A DNA stretch of 64,000 bases. Origin: a virus. The notes beneath the pieces were generated by a model. It was not told the origin of the DNA and did not search any database. It worked only from the letters and a program-made list of their open reading frames with translations. The stretch covers positions 32,001 through 96,000 of IMG/VR virus record IMGVR_UViG_3300020045_004509; one strand, given 5' to 3'. Positions 1 to 12,209 of the stretch are shown one piece after another; position 1 is the first letter of the stretch; each line of letters begins with the position of its first letter. Both the position numbers and the translations under genes were made by a program.

Positions 1-36
1 AATGATACTGTACCAGAAGTAGTTAATCATGCTGAA

Positions 37-1424
37 ATGGGAGTTAGTTTTGCTGCTTGGGTAGCCCGTGATCCAACACAAAATATTGATAACAATGATG
101 AATGGAGAACTAACTTATGGTGGGAACGAAACTTTTATCCACACGTAAGCATGATTGCAAATGATTTACATTCTAAAGGATTGATTGATGCTGGGGAATA
201 TGTAATTGATATTGACTGGTAAAAATCTGTGTTATAATAGTGTATCTTAAACTTCAAAGGAAATCATCATGGCAAAAGAAACCAAAACTGAACGAAAAGT
301 TCGGGAAAATTACGAATGCGAAGTTCGCATCAATGATGAGCGCAGGGAGTATCTTCCAAAGTTTATGGCTTTGCTTGAACGCGCAACCAAACTTAATTTT
401 GCAGTTGAAGTAAAAGATGGTAAATTTGTAGTTACTGATCGAGATGACTATTATGATTCTGCCCATTATTTGACCGCTGACTATTCTGAAGAAAGTCAAA
501 ATAAATTAGATAATCTTGCATACTACGTTGATGATAAACAAAAGAAGCAGGATGAAGAAAATCGAAAATTTCAATTAAAACAAAATGCACTGAATAAATT
601 GTCAAAAGAAGAACGAGAACTGCTTGGTCTTGTATAAATCTGTGGTATAATTACTTATCTTAAACAACAAAGGAATCCAAAATGAAAACTGAATATTTTT
701 CTGCTGACAAAGCACGTCAAGTAACAAAAGATGCTCAGTCTATTCTGAGTAAAGTGATCGATCCTCAAACTTTATCAATTCTTGATCAAATCACCAAAGC
801 AGCAGAATCCGGCAAATCTCAAATTGAAGGCTCATCATATATTTCTGGGATTGTCAAGACACAACTTGACCTTCTTGGATATGAAGTGAAAATCGTATAT
901 GATCAACGAGATGGTAACTATTATACAATTTCTTGGTAAAGTATGCGATACCTATCATTTGAAGATACTTTGAAAATGTTTCCAACCCCGCCGGGTTCAA
1001 AAATGAACGATAAAGATTTAGAAATCAAGAAACTTCAGGAAGAACTTGATGTTCAAACAAAAGCTGTTAATTTCTGGATGACAGAAGCAATTAGACTACA
1101 GAAAGAGTCGATAAAATGTAGTTTATCATGGGGTGGGTTTATTCTTGAAGGTGACGAAAAATCTATAGCAGAAGCTAGTAGAATGCTGCATGAATCTAAT
1201 TCGGTTCCTGAATTGAAACAACGTATTAAAGAACTATCAAAATGAAAATCACATATCAAACTTCTGCTGTATTAGACCGTGAACAAATGTTTCTGGTATT
1301 CAAAGAATTTATCGAAAAGAAAACGGGAAAGCGTCTTGCCAACATTGGTTATGAAGATACTGATGATGGTATGACTTGTCAGTTAAATTTCTGTTATGAA
1401 ACAGAGGAATTGCCCCATGATTGA
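37..1424 (+). CDS. Cluster of small early hypothetical proteins (37-222 partial, 269-637, 682-939, 943-1245, 1242-1424)
   Basis: Tightly packed ORFs with AAGGA SD sites behind TGnTATAAT promoters; no recognisable motifs. Confidence 0.7.
229..262 (+). promoter_or_regulatory. Early promoter/RBS cassette (extended -10 TGTTATAAT, leader, AAAGGAA); first of about 20 copies
   Basis: GTGTTATAATAGTGTATCTTAAACTTCAAAGGAA; related -10 boxes at 643, 2055, 2352, 8905, 9183, 12739, 13877 (+) and 30661, 38867, 40752, 42842, 45015, 45671, 47622, 48120, 49121, 49561, 54557, 57962, 59891, 63506 (-). Confidence 0.8.
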
Positions 1425-1878
1425 CTTATTTGATGATCCAACTGCTTGTCGTATGCAAGCTCCAATCTTAGGTTTCTTCAATGAATACCGTTTCTTATCA
1501 AATTTTCATCTGTGTCCATGTGAATTCAATAATATTATCTTTCCTTCTTCTGAACATGTTTATATGTATCAGAAGTCGTTTGATCCTGAATACCGAACAG
1601 AAATCATCTTTGCTCCAACTCCAAAAGATGCAAGAAATATTGGACAAACAGCTATTCTAAGACGCGATTGGAATACTTATCGCAAAACTGCCATGCTGAA
1701 TGCATTACGTTCAAAATTTGCAAATGAACCAGAACTTTCTATGTTATTAGCAACATCTGATGCATATCTTGAAGAAACCAATACTTGGGGTGATATATTT
1801 TGGGGGATTTGTCAAGGAAAAGGGGAGAACAATTTGGGTAAACTTTTGATGAAGATTCGGGATAGTCATCATGAATGA
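1417..1878 (+). CDS. NADAR/YbiA-family N-glycosidase
   Basis: FLSNF, SSEHVYMYQK, LRSKF, EETNTWGDIFWG, GENNLGKLLMKIR motifs; start placed at ATG 1417 after AGAGGA. Confidence 0.88.
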   Translation: MIDLFDDPTACRMQAPILGFFNEYRFLSNFHLCPCEFNNIIFPSSEHVYMYQKSFDPEYRTEIIFAPTPKDARNIGQTAILRRDWNTYRKTAMLNALRSKFANEPELSMLLATSDAYLEETNTWGDIFWGICQGKGENNLGKLLMKIRDSHHE

Positions 1879-3784
1879 AATCGTATATTGTTCAGATTGT
1901 AAATTCTGTAAGAAAGACAAACTTGGGATCAGTTTTTGTCATCATCCGAAATCTAAAATGATTAATTTTATTGATGAACATGCAACTAAAACATGTGAAA
2001 CAGTAAGAAGTAAAGATTTTTATTGCGGATTGTTCAAGAAAAAGTTCTGGTTAGTGTTATAATTACTTATCTTAAACAAAGGAACTTCATATGCATATTC
2101 TAATCAATTATTGCGGAACTAATAGTCTTACTGGCGCGGTGTCTTTCCAGATTTACAATGTTGGTATAGTGCCTGATAAAATTGTTTTTGATATCGATGT
2201 AGTGATGGTTGCAACTGATGTGAATAAAGAATTGGAAAAAGCTAACAAGGTATTTTCATCACGAAACATCAGCATGTCAATTGGACATGTCGAAAAAGAT
2301 TTGTATAAAGAAGAGCTTATTAGCAATCATAGCGCGCAGTGTTATTCTTGATGTTATAATTACTTATCTTAAACTTCAAAGGAACTAACATGTGTACAGT
2401 TGGGCAACTTATCGTAAAACTTCAGCAACTTCCTCAAGATGCAATCGTTGAAGTTCTTGAAGAATATACTGGATTATACTATACAAGTACAGAATTCAAA
2501 CCTATTGATCTTGAATATGGAATTTCTGTTTTGGATTATACTGATGACGATTCCATAAATTTTCATGGTAAAATCTTTGTTCACTTGGAAGCATGAATAT
2601 GATTGACTATAAAAATCCATTCTTTACTCCAGAAGAAAATCTTGAAATGGCAGTCGGAGAAATTAAATTCAAAGACTTAGTAATAACAAATCTTCGGAAT
2701 CAGATCAAACAACTTAGGTCTATCGTTGATCCAAGTTTGACTGATGAAGAAGTTCATCAAATTCAACAGAAGTATCAAAAATGACCAAAGCAATCGCAAC
2801 CAAACGCGCTAAAATTAAAGCGAAGATTCAAGTATTGAACGATGATCTTCGCAAACTTCAATCTGAATGTCTTCATGAAAATGCTACCCATGTTCACAAA
2901 GGTTCTACTGGAAACTATGATCCATCATGTGATTCATATTGGGTTGAACATGGATGTCCTGATTGTGACAAATTTTGGACAACCGAAAAATAAACTTAAA
3001 GGAAACTAAATGAACTTTCTCGCTCTTCTTACCCTTATTTTTATCACTCTGAAACTAATGGGCTTCATTGCTTGGTCATGGTTCTGGGTACTGTCTCCTT
3101 TGATTCCAGCATTCATTCTGATCGTCATGGGATTTTCATATATCATTGCCCTGATTTCTAGTAGTTTTGCTGATTTCTTTAAAGGTCGGAAATGAAGACT
3201 ATTGCACAACTTGCTGAAGAAGCTGGTTTCATGCAAACTTGGTTTTCTGAATCTGGTGATAATATGGAAAATGAAATCCGAAAGTTTGCTAAATTGCTTA
3301 TTGAAGAATTAGCCAACAGGGTGCAACATGCTATTGATATTACTGGAATGGCAAGTGATGAGTATGAATATGGTTGGGATGATGGTATGCGAGTTGCTAT
3401 CAACACAATTCAAAGGAGTTTATAATGCATGAAGCTGGAAAAGGTGATGCTCCACGTCATGGGGCAGACATGGTTGCATATTCAAATAACTATGATGCAA
3501 TCTTTAGGAAACCAACTATTACCCATGTTGCAATTAAGACTGATGATAAGATTTGGTCTTTACCAAAACCAAATCGGCATCATAATGTTCTTCGGATGAT
3601 CAATAATCTGTTTGTTGACCGAAATTATGAAACTGAAGTTCAAGGGTTTCTTGATTCAAATGGTAGGTTTTTGAATCGTAAAGATGCATTTATCTTGGCT
3701 GAATCTAATGGGCAATTAGATCGAAGCAATCATGGGGATAATTGCTATAATGGAAATGAATTATTTTCGGAGGATTTGTGGTAG
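1871..3784 (+). CDS. Run of small early hypothetical proteins (1871-2062, 2091-2351, 2390-2596, 2593-2784, 2781-2993, 3010-3195 membrane protein, 3192-3425, 3425-3784)
   Basis: Overlapping stop/start junctions and SD sites; 3425-3784 ends in the common phage motif QGFLDSNGRFLNRKDAF...LFSEDLW. Confidence 0.7.
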
Positions 3785-3814
3785 AAGCTAATAGAAAAGT
3801 TGATTGCATTGATG

Positions 3815-5872
3815 TTACACAACTGTTATTTTAACAAACGCAGTCCAAGCCGACCCATTCCAATACCGTTCCCATATTTGATTAGTTTGTACTGGTCTAT
3901 ACAATTGATATGCTTGACTATCACCAGATACTGCCCTATATGTCGTAAATTTGCCTGCGATACCTCCTGGAAAAGACGCAGCATCAGCACCACCAATTTG
4001 AAAGTGGGTTTCTACTCCTGATGCAAAGTTGGACAATGGATACGAAAAACTTGCTGCTGGAGCATAATAAATTACACTTGATGGTATTGGATACCAATCA
4101 AACGGAGCGGTTCCGTTAAGATTGATATATTCAGAAACTGCGTTATATGGTGAGTTGTAGGATTTAAATCTAAATCCTACCTTCCAATTTCCAGTTGTTG
4201 GAATTGACCCAAAATCTCTTGTTGGTGTAGTTTGTTGAACCCATTTACTACCATCATATAAACAAACACCACAATTATAATCAGTCATTAATGCCCCAGT
4301 AGATGGAGTGCTAATATCTGATAATCCACACACAATAACTGAAGAAAACGGAACAAGTATGCCTCCAGCTACGGTAACATTAGCTTTTGTTACGCCAGTT
4401 GTTTCCCTTCCTATATTCCAATTTGATCCATACAGATTAACAGTACCAGTACCCGATCCCCCAGATTGTTCTCGTATAACAATTGTCTTTAGTGTAGAAG
4501 TAGGAAACAAGGTAGAGTAATTAGACGCATTATTAATTGTCAATTCTCGAATTCCATCATTTTTAACTTTTACCAACGTATGGGCTACATCACTTGTTCT
4601 TTTATCAACAATAGTAATACTATTGATTTTTAAAGTGTTTATTGTAGATTTACTAACAACAATAGACGCACTATTAGCTCCAACATAGGTATCATCATAC
4701 TCAACATATCCATTAGACAAATTAAGATTATCAACATTCACATTATAAATATAAACTGGGGTTCTATTACCACCCCCAACAGTTCTCATCGCCTTACCCC
4801 CAAAATTTGATACGTTTATACAACCCGCAATTCCTGTTGTGAGAGGGTCATATGATCCAACTTGAATAATAGCTTCAGCAAAATCGCCATATACACCATC
4901 AATGTTTATCTTGTCAGCTTTATATCCTGATAATGTATAAACCACAGCACCCCGCCACGTATTTTGCCCATCTTTTGTTTGACCTCTAATATTTTTTATA
5001 GACACGTTTTCGATATTTTGGGCAACTGTGCCAACTCCGGCCCATTCTACACCACACAATAAAGCAACCATATCATCGTTAGTGTACCCACTGATGTTTT
5101 CAATAAGTCCATTGCTAGATGATCCTGTTACTCCATCTCGACGTTTACCGCCTGTAGGCGTAATTGCATCAATTGTCTGGTCAAATTTAATATCATGGAA
5201 GTGAAAATTATTACAATTCCAGTGATTTATACCATGGCCTCGCACTGTCTTAATTGTGAGATTACCAACTTCCATTCCATTTACATTCACTAAATAGAAT
5301 GCCTTACTTATATCAAATGCGGCACCATCAGCTACTTGATCTCCTTGATTCACATCGTTTCCGTTAACAATACCACCAATCCATTTGATATTAGTCAATC
5401 CTGTTGTCACTGTACGAATCATGAAGCATCTAGCCATATCTTTCAAATAGATTTCTGCATTATCATCACATAAAACAGTTAACCCAGAAGTCAAATATAT
5501 AGGAAAACCAATAGTATATCTGGCAGGGCCAACAAGACGAATAGTTTTATTACCAGAAGAAAAAGCTGTATTCAGTACAGAAGATAAATCTTGGGTAGTA
5601 GATAGACTTTTTGCTGCAGTAATTTGACCAGATGTCATATAATTAAATATACTATCGTATTCATCTAATTTATCTTGCACATCAGTAGCAACAGCCCCAA
5701 CCCCTCCATGCATATACCCCACCATTCCAGCCCCAGAACTACTACCTAATTCTGAAGCTCCAATCAAATTAGTTGTATTTGCAGGAAGGGTTAAAGTAAC
5801 ATCAGAAGCAGTATTAGTTGCTGCAAGGGCTACTGAACCACCAAGGGGTGTTTTTAGTTTTAGTTTAGACAT
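3815..5872 (-). CDS. Tailspike/tail fibre with beta-helix (pectate lyase-like) domain and C-terminal knob
   Basis: N-terminal anchor SSSGAGMVGY..GGVGAVATDVQDKL, beta-helix-like repeats (DGV...NDDMVAL), C-terminal AYQLY...IWERYWNGSAWTAF. Confidence 0.75.
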   Translation of the reverse strand: MSKLKLKTPLGGSVALAATNTASDVTLTLPANTTNLIGASELGSSSGAGMVGYMHGGVGAVATDVQDKLDEYDSIFNYMTSGQITAAKSLSTTQDLSSVLNTAFSSGNKTIRLVGPARYTIGFPIYLTSGLTVLCDDNAEIYLKDMARCFMIRTVTTGLTNIKWIGGIVNGNDVNQGDQVADGAAFDISKAFYLVNVNGMEVGNLTIKTVRGHGINHWNCNNFHFHDIKFDQTIDAITPTGGKRRDGVTGSSSNGLIENISGYTNDDMVALLCGVEWAGVGTVAQNIENVSIKNIRGQTKDGQNTWRGAVVYTLSGYKADKINIDGVYGDFAEAIIQVGSYDPLTTGIAGCINVSNFGGKAMRTVGGGNRTPVYIYNVNVDNLNLSNGYVEYDDTYVGANSASIVVSKSTINTLKINSITIVDKRTSDVAHTLVKVKNDGIRELTINNASNYSTLFPTSTLKTIVIREQSGGSGTGTVNLYGSNWNIGRETTGVTKANVTVAGGILVPFSSVIVCGLSDISTPSTGALMTDYNCGVCLYDGSKWVQQTTPTRDFGSIPTTGNWKVGFRFKSYNSPYNAVSEYINLNGTAPFDWYPIPSSVIYYAPAASFSYPLSNFASGVETHFQIGGADAASFPGGIAGKFTTYRAVSGDSQAYQLYRPVQTNQIWERYWNGSAWTAFVKITVV

Positions 5873-5891
5873 AAGATTATATTTTATTTGA

Positions 5892-8360
5892 TTACAAGTT
5901 ACCTTCTGATACCCAGTCAGTATTTAAAACATTTCCTGATCCAGTAGTAATTCGTACCCATGATTTAGGTTGTCCTACCGCTGGAGCGGAATTGAATACT
6001 CGATCACCTATGACCCATGTGCCTGTAGTTGGAATGCTTGCCTTGGAAATATCACCATTTTCATTGATCGTTGTTGCACCTTTCCACGTTTGGTTAGCCC
6101 CAGAAACAATTGTGTTACCTATAGGTGTACCAAAATAGGTGCTTGAAGCATCGTTTGGCTTTACCCCACAAATGTTCCCAAACTGCTTGACTTTATTTCC
6201 TGTGCCGTTTGCGTTAATTGATATCGCTGGATTTGATCCAGATGTAAATATGTTGTTAGCTACAAGCATTGGCGTGCTTGCAGCCCAACCACCAGAGCCA
6301 GTACGATTCAAAACCTGCAAACTATCGGTTGTATTCTCTGTGAATTTTGAGCGTATAAAAGTTAAGTCTGTAGTTGCTTCATTCAGATAAATCGTACCTA
6401 CTTTATTCTGCGTGACTAATAAGTCTGTGAACGTACATGATGTAGCACTACTACCAAGAATCAAATCACTACCATTTAGGTAATTACCTTTAATATCAGT
6501 TTGGGTAAATGTGCCCCTACCAATGTTCATCCCCCGAGTGCTACTTGTATAAGTGATATTCCCATTAAGTTTTAGGTTATTGAATGTTGCATTGAGGATT
6601 TGAAATGCATACCCAGATGCAGCTGAGTGTGATGTTAAATCAAGTGTATTATCTGATATATCTACATTAGCATAATTTGCAGATGTGGTTACACTCATAA
6701 GCACAGCATCTGTAGTAGTTGCAGATACTGAAGTAAATTTATTACGTTTAACTGAGATATTAGAAATAGTGTTTGCACTTGACGCAATACTAAAACTAAA
6801 TAATCCATTCGCATTTAAGACGATGTTATCTGAAACGTTCATTTTTTCAACACTTACACCTGTTCCCGATACTACAGTCAATACATCTTGATTATAAGTA
6901 GTGTTTCCAGAAATATCCATATTTGAAATGATAGTATCAGCAAGTCCAAAGTTAACGACTCGCCCTGTATAAATAGTGTTGTCTTTGATGGTTACATCTG
7001 AAAAAGATGCAATACCACTCGTACTATAGTTACCAACAATACAAGATGACGCACCAAATTGATACACCTTATTTCCAATAAATTTCAAATAAGCAAATGG
7101 AAGCTCTTGTCCAGTCACTATAGTGTTTGCTGCTCCAGCTTGTACAATTAAGTTGTTCTTGATAAGCGCCGCACCATTTCTTATACCAAAAGCATTGGCA
7201 TAGCATGTGATACTGTTTGTTTCAATGATAATGCTACCACTTACATTTGAGTGGGCATCCACAGAACTTGAATACTGATGTGTAACATGATTCGCGTAAT
7301 CTTCAACAATTGAATTTCCCCTAACAATAGGGTTTGTGATGACAAACTCACGTTTGGGGGCAGTAATAGCATGTTTACAGCGAGTGATGATGTTATTTTC
7401 TACGACACAATCGTTTGCTCCTATAGCCACACCATACCCAATTCGAGATGGAGACCCAGGAAGGATGTACTGTGTATTTAAGAAATAGTCAATATTGTTT
7501 GACCGAACATACGCACCAGTACCTTGAACGGAAAACGCTATGTGAGCATACTGGTTTCCTTTAGCAGAACATTTTTCAATAACAGTATTTATCCCCGTTA
7601 CACGTAAACCTTCAGTATACTCAACAAGTGTTGATGGAGCTAGGCTTAAATCAAAATTCACCCCAGTAACCGTAGCCCCTTCTGGTACACGATAAACCTC
7701 AATTGATGTGATGCTAAAAGAGCCATAAAAAGCACTTGAAATATATGCCACATCAGCAGTAATTTCAACTACCTTAGCCCACATACCATGATAATAGTCT
7801 GATGAACCATTTTCAACCCGAACATCGGTGCTCAACATGCATATCAAATCACCAGCTACCAAAGTCACACCAGAAGGAATTGTGAATTTGTTTGAGCTTG
7901 TTACTGCGCTAGCTGGAGTAAATGCCGAAAATGTAGCGTATAAGTCACCCAACGAAAGACCAAACCCATAAGTAGATAATGCAGCCTGTGTGAATTTAAC
8001 CGTTGACCCATGACCGTCAAGCTTTCCTATATTTCCTAAAGACACTTTGGTATTCAGTAAATATGTTTTGTTTGGCTCAAGGTGCAAAGTTCCTCCAAAT
8101 GGAACTGCTGCTTTTGCTAACAAAAATGCAGGGGAATCGTTGGTGATTCCATCACCAACCGCTCCAAATTGTTTTACATTTACTTCTAAAGTATTTCCAC
8201 CTGCATTATAGAACCGACCGATCTCAGTCTGTGTACCCCCAGTAGTTCCTTTCACAAAAACAATATCTCCAGTAACTGGATCATTCTTTAGAACAATGTT
8301 CTTTGACGCAGTAAGTTGATCACCAAGTTGTATCTGTCCATCAGTATCTTTGATTGCCAT
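5892..8360 (-). CDS. Tailspike/depolymerase, parallel beta-helix
   Basis: VNVKQFGAVGDGITNDSPAF pectate-lyase-3 start, many N/I-rich beta-helix repeats, C-terminal PTTGTWVIGDRVFN motif. Confidence 0.8.
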   Translation of the reverse strand: MAIKDTDGQIQLGDQLTASKNIVLKNDPVTGDIVFVKGTTGGTQTEIGRFYNAGGNTLEVNVKQFGAVGDGITNDSPAFLLAKAAVPFGGTLHLEPNKTYLLNTKVSLGNIGKLDGHGSTVKFTQAALSTYGFGLSLGDLYATFSAFTPASAVTSSNKFTIPSGVTLVAGDLICMLSTDVRVENGSSDYYHGMWAKVVEITADVAYISSAFYGSFSITSIEVYRVPEGATVTGVNFDLSLAPSTLVEYTEGLRVTGINTVIEKCSAKGNQYAHIAFSVQGTGAYVRSNNIDYFLNTQYILPGSPSRIGYGVAIGANDCVVENNIITRCKHAITAPKREFVITNPIVRGNSIVEDYANHVTHQYSSSVDAHSNVSGSIIIETNSITCYANAFGIRNGAALIKNNLIVQAGAANTIVTGQELPFAYLKFIGNKVYQFGASSCIVGNYSTSGIASFSDVTIKDNTIYTGRVVNFGLADTIISNMDISGNTTYNQDVLTVVSGTGVSVEKMNVSDNIVLNANGLFSFSIASSANTISNISVKRNKFTSVSATTTDAVLMSVTTSANYANVDISDNTLDLTSHSAASGYAFQILNATFNNLKLNGNITYTSSTRGMNIGRGTFTQTDIKGNYLNGSDLILGSSATSCTFTDLLVTQNKVGTIYLNEATTDLTFIRSKFTENTTDSLQVLNRTGSGGWAASTPMLVANNIFTSGSNPAISINANGTGNKVKQFGNICGVKPNDASSTYFGTPIGNTIVSGANQTWKGATTINENGDISKASIPTTGTWVIGDRVFNSAPAVGQPKSWVRITTGSGNVLNTDWVSEGNL

Positions 8361-8379
8361 AAATTATCCTTTATTATAT

Positions 8380-8817
8380 TTAACTGATGATCCAAGTGCT
8401 TCCAGAACTAACCGTTATTTCTACCCCATCTGCAATAGTAATCGGCCCCGCTGAAATCATGTTATACCCTGCTGGAACCACATGATTTTCATCAATCACA
8501 ATCTTATTAGCAAATCCAATTGGACTAATATTTGGATCAACAAAATCAACAACGGGCATTGCATCTGTTATAATTACTTCTACTTTGTAATTAAGGGGAA
8601 TCAATTGAACAAATGTAATCAATGAACCAGCAACAGAATATTCATCCTTGTTCTGATAAACACCTTGAATGTACACATCAACATAAGTCTTTGATAGAGG
8701 TGTTTTGATTAGACCATAAGAATATTCTGTTCCAGAAGCAATGAACTGCTGAACAGTTACACCCTTGGCATTAGGGTTAAGATTTAGTCCTGAGACTGGT
8801 TTACCGATGTATGACAT
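8380..8817 (-). CDS. Virion structural/tail fibre adaptor protein
   Basis: MSYIGKP start, VYIQGVYQ..EYSV motif, C-terminal MISAGPITIADGVEITVSSGSTWII; late TTAAATA promoter near 8841. Confidence 0.6.
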   Translation of the reverse strand: MSYIGKPVSGLNLNPNAKGVTVQQFIASGTEYSYGLIKTPLSKTYVDVYIQGVYQNKDEYSVAGSLITFVQLIPLNYKVEVIITDAMPVVDFVDPNISPIGFANKIVIDENHVVPAGYNMISAGPITIADGVEITVSSGSTWIIS

Positions 8818-9225
8818 AGTTTAAAATTGGTTAATTATCTTATTTAACGATCCTGAAATTTTTACGCTCATCTTGAAATTCCTTGTTCTATCGTTTATTT
8901 AGTGTGTTATAATTATTTAATACAAGGAAATATCATGAACGACAAAGATGACTCCATTCTTGCTCCATTTGGGCGAATGTTTGATGAACCCCATGGGAAA
9001 TATGTTATGATGGTTATTGTAATTTTGTTTGTAACCCTTCAATTTTTAGGAGATTAAAATGCATCCATTTTTGTTCAAATTCATTAACATGCCAGTTCAA
9101 GCAGTCCCAATCACAATTCCATTGTCTAACTGGTTGATTCCTGCTAACGATGAAAAAATGTTTATACCTCAGAAGAAATAAGTGTTATAATTACTTATCT
9201 TAACAAGTCATATAAAGGAACCAAA

Positions 9226-10189
9226 ATGAAAAACTTTAAATTAGATGATCGGGTTGAATTTCACTCAACTACTTCCATTGACCTTGACGGAAAACAAGGA
9301 ACTATTCTTGGTTTCTATGCTGATCATACAACAAACAAATTTTGGATTGTTCTTCTTGACAACCCTTTACCAGATTGGAGAGCAATTGTTATGACTGATT
9401 CATGTTTGAAGAAAGTTGAATAATGAAACATCTTTTAAACAAAGGAACCAAAAATGAAACTTACCAAACAAGAATTTGAATCAATGATGGTCGAATTCAT
9501 TGATGAACAAAATAGCAATGATTCAGAAGAATACTATGGTTCTGATAGGTCAGCTGCGAGAATTGTTATAGAAAGAATGATTAACTATTTCTACGAAGAA
9601 GAAATTGCCAAGGAAGCCCGATACAAACAATATCTTGAACTCAAGAAAGAATTCGAATGAAAAATCTGTATTATCTGATCATCAATGTCAAAGAAGTGAT
9701 CAAGAAAACTGAAACTACCCCAGAAATTATCCGGTATGTTGACAAGAAGTTTGGTATAATTGGAACTTCTCATGATCATGCAACAGAACTTGGCTCCAAA
9801 CTTGGAACATTTGTTTCTATTAGTCAAGAATTTTACCCTCTTTCAAAGGATTGGCAGTGAAAATCGTATCGGAATCAAAAATTCGTCAACTTGCAGTCAA
9901 ACAAGTTAATCTACCATCAGTGTATGTATCTAATGGGCTTACAATGGAGCCAGAAGATGATGCAATCTGGGAACATATTTTAACAAAAGTTGAAGAACTT
10001 ATTGGAACTAAGTCTAATGAATACTTTGAATGTGCTCATGCATTGGTAGATTCAGGTTTGTTCTTCTTTGAAACCATGTTCCAAGCCCGACAATTTTATA
10101 AAATCTTTAATGATGTTCCTGTTTATTCATCGGGTTGTTATGCAGAACTGAACGACGAAAATGGAAATTGTCTGGATGAAAATACATGA
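9226..10189 (+). CDS. Small early hypothetical proteins (9226-9423, 9454-9660, 9657-9860, 9851-10189)
   Basis: Coupled ORFs with SD sites behind the promoter at 9183. Confidence 0.65.
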
Positions 10190-10698
10190 AACCCAAAGAA
10201 CAAAATTTTATGATGGAAGTCGCTAAACTTGCTGCTTCCCAATCAAAAGGTATCCGTCTAAAAGTCGGAGGTGTTGTATGTTCAGCATCTGGAGATATCA
10301 TTGCAACAGCTTATAACGGAATGATTCGTGATGCATTTGATGATTCTCTTGAAGAAAAATTCTTTCCATTTGATGATGCCCGAAATGGATTAGTAGTCAA
10401 TGATCAAATTTATCCATACTTTGATAAACTCATTGGGAAACCATATCGGTTGGTTACTAAACTTGATGTTGTACATTGTGAACAGAATCTAATTGCTCAT
10501 GCAGCCCGAAGGGGTATTTCTGTTAATCAAGGATCAGTTTTCCTAACCCATTCCCCATGTATTCACTGTACGTCAATGCTCATTCAATCTGGAATTTCTG
10601 ATGTTTATTTTTTGGAAAAATATCGAACATTTGATGAAGTTGTGTTAAAATACTCTTCATACATTAATATTAACCAATGGAACGATAATGAACACTGA
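10186..10698 (+). CDS. cd: dCMP deaminase
   Basis: KVGGVV, YNG, HCEQN and SPCIHC zinc motifs. Confidence 0.85.
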   Translation: MKPKEQNFMMEVAKLAASQSKGIRLKVGGVVCSASGDIIATAYNGMIRDAFDDSLEEKFFPFDDARNGLVVNDQIYPYFDKLIGKPYRLVTKLDVVHCEQNLIAHAARRGISVNQGSVFLTHSPCIHCTSMLIQSGISDVYFLEKYRTFDEVVLKYSSYININQWNDNEH

Positions 10699-12209
10699 AA
10701 CATACTGTAAAGACTTATTCAAAAATCTTGGAAACGGGGAATTTTTAACGTCATTATCAGATGATGAATTTCAATTATGGTATGATGAATTTGTTGATTC
10801 ATATTTTGAAATGAACTTGAATCATCCTGATCTAGTAGCAGTTCGCAATGAAATTTGGAAAGAAAGTATGAAATTATTCCCGATCATTGAACAACGATTG
10901 GATAAAATTTGTCAAGATCGGATTGCTCAACTAGAATCTGATAGTTTGAATATTGAAGTTGATGGGATCAAATATAGGGCGATTGCAAACTGTGATGTTC
11001 TTTGGTTAGGATGGGAGTGTGATCCTACTGCTTGGGTTGTTGAAAAGGATGGAATTAACCAACTTGTTTCTACTGATCATGGAACCCATCATTTTTACCC
11101 AAAAGAATTCCTTGAAGATCGAATTGCCCACTATAAACAAGTTATAATTGAATCAGAAAAACTTCTTGCTCTATTGGACTAAAGTATGCTTTATGATCTT
11201 AAACTAAATTTCAGAGTACAATATACAAACTCAGATGATTCTGGTTGGGTTGAGATTGACCATGATTTCGATTCTATTGAATATGCAAAGACTGAAATCA
11301 AGAATCTTCGATTGACCAACTATGAAAATATTGTAGTTGATTACAGGATTGTCTTGGTTCAAGAACTTACAACTGTTGTTTATGAGGAAAACTAATGGTA
11401 TCTCTGATCGTTGGAATCTTTATTGGTGTATGTATCGGGATCATTGGTACATCAATCGTTCTTCATAAAACTGGAATTTGTAGATGGTAATGCTTATAAC
11501 AAAAGATGGTCTGGTAGATAATGAGGTATTGATTCATTCTGAACGACCACATTTCAAATTCAGGACTATTTCTGATACTGAAAAGGCCGAATTCAAAGCC
11601 CGTTGGTTTTGGGGGGATGAAGATTGGATTCGGACGAAGAAGGAACTTGATTCTTGTATGTCATTCAGAAAGTCTATCAAAGGTAAACCAACTGATGAAC
11701 AGATGATTGATATCGAAATTAACAAAGAAATGATTGACTTTTGGAAAAGTCGTTGTTTCATCTACTAAGGCTGCTATGGTAACATGGTATAATGATCAAT
11801 CAGCTAAAATTGCGTTTGATAGTTTGAAGAATAGCATTCAACCATTAGTAAATGAAAACTTTCCCGATCATGATCTAAGTCATGTTGGATTCAATCGAAG
11901 CTTTGATACAGATGAAATCATAATCAAACTTCACATCAAACCGAAACTAAATATAAATTACGAAAATAATTTAAGGAACTTATTAAAATGAAAATGCGCG
12001 AAACAAATTCCGGCAAACTAAAACTTACCATGTCCAAAGATGAATCAGAAGTTATCTTTGGGATTATGAACCATGTTCGACTTGGTTCTGGTCAAAATAC
12101 AGATGTAGTTTTGGAACTGCTTAATTTGCTCCAAAACTATCTTCCAGAACCAGATATTGATATTACTTGTGATTTTATCAAAGGGGAAGGTTGGACTATC
12201 AATGTGTAA
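10688..12209 (+). CDS. Small hypothetical proteins (10688-11182, 11186-11395, 11484-11768, 11734-11991, 11988-12209)
   Basis: Contiguous same-strand ORFs. Confidence 0.6.
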
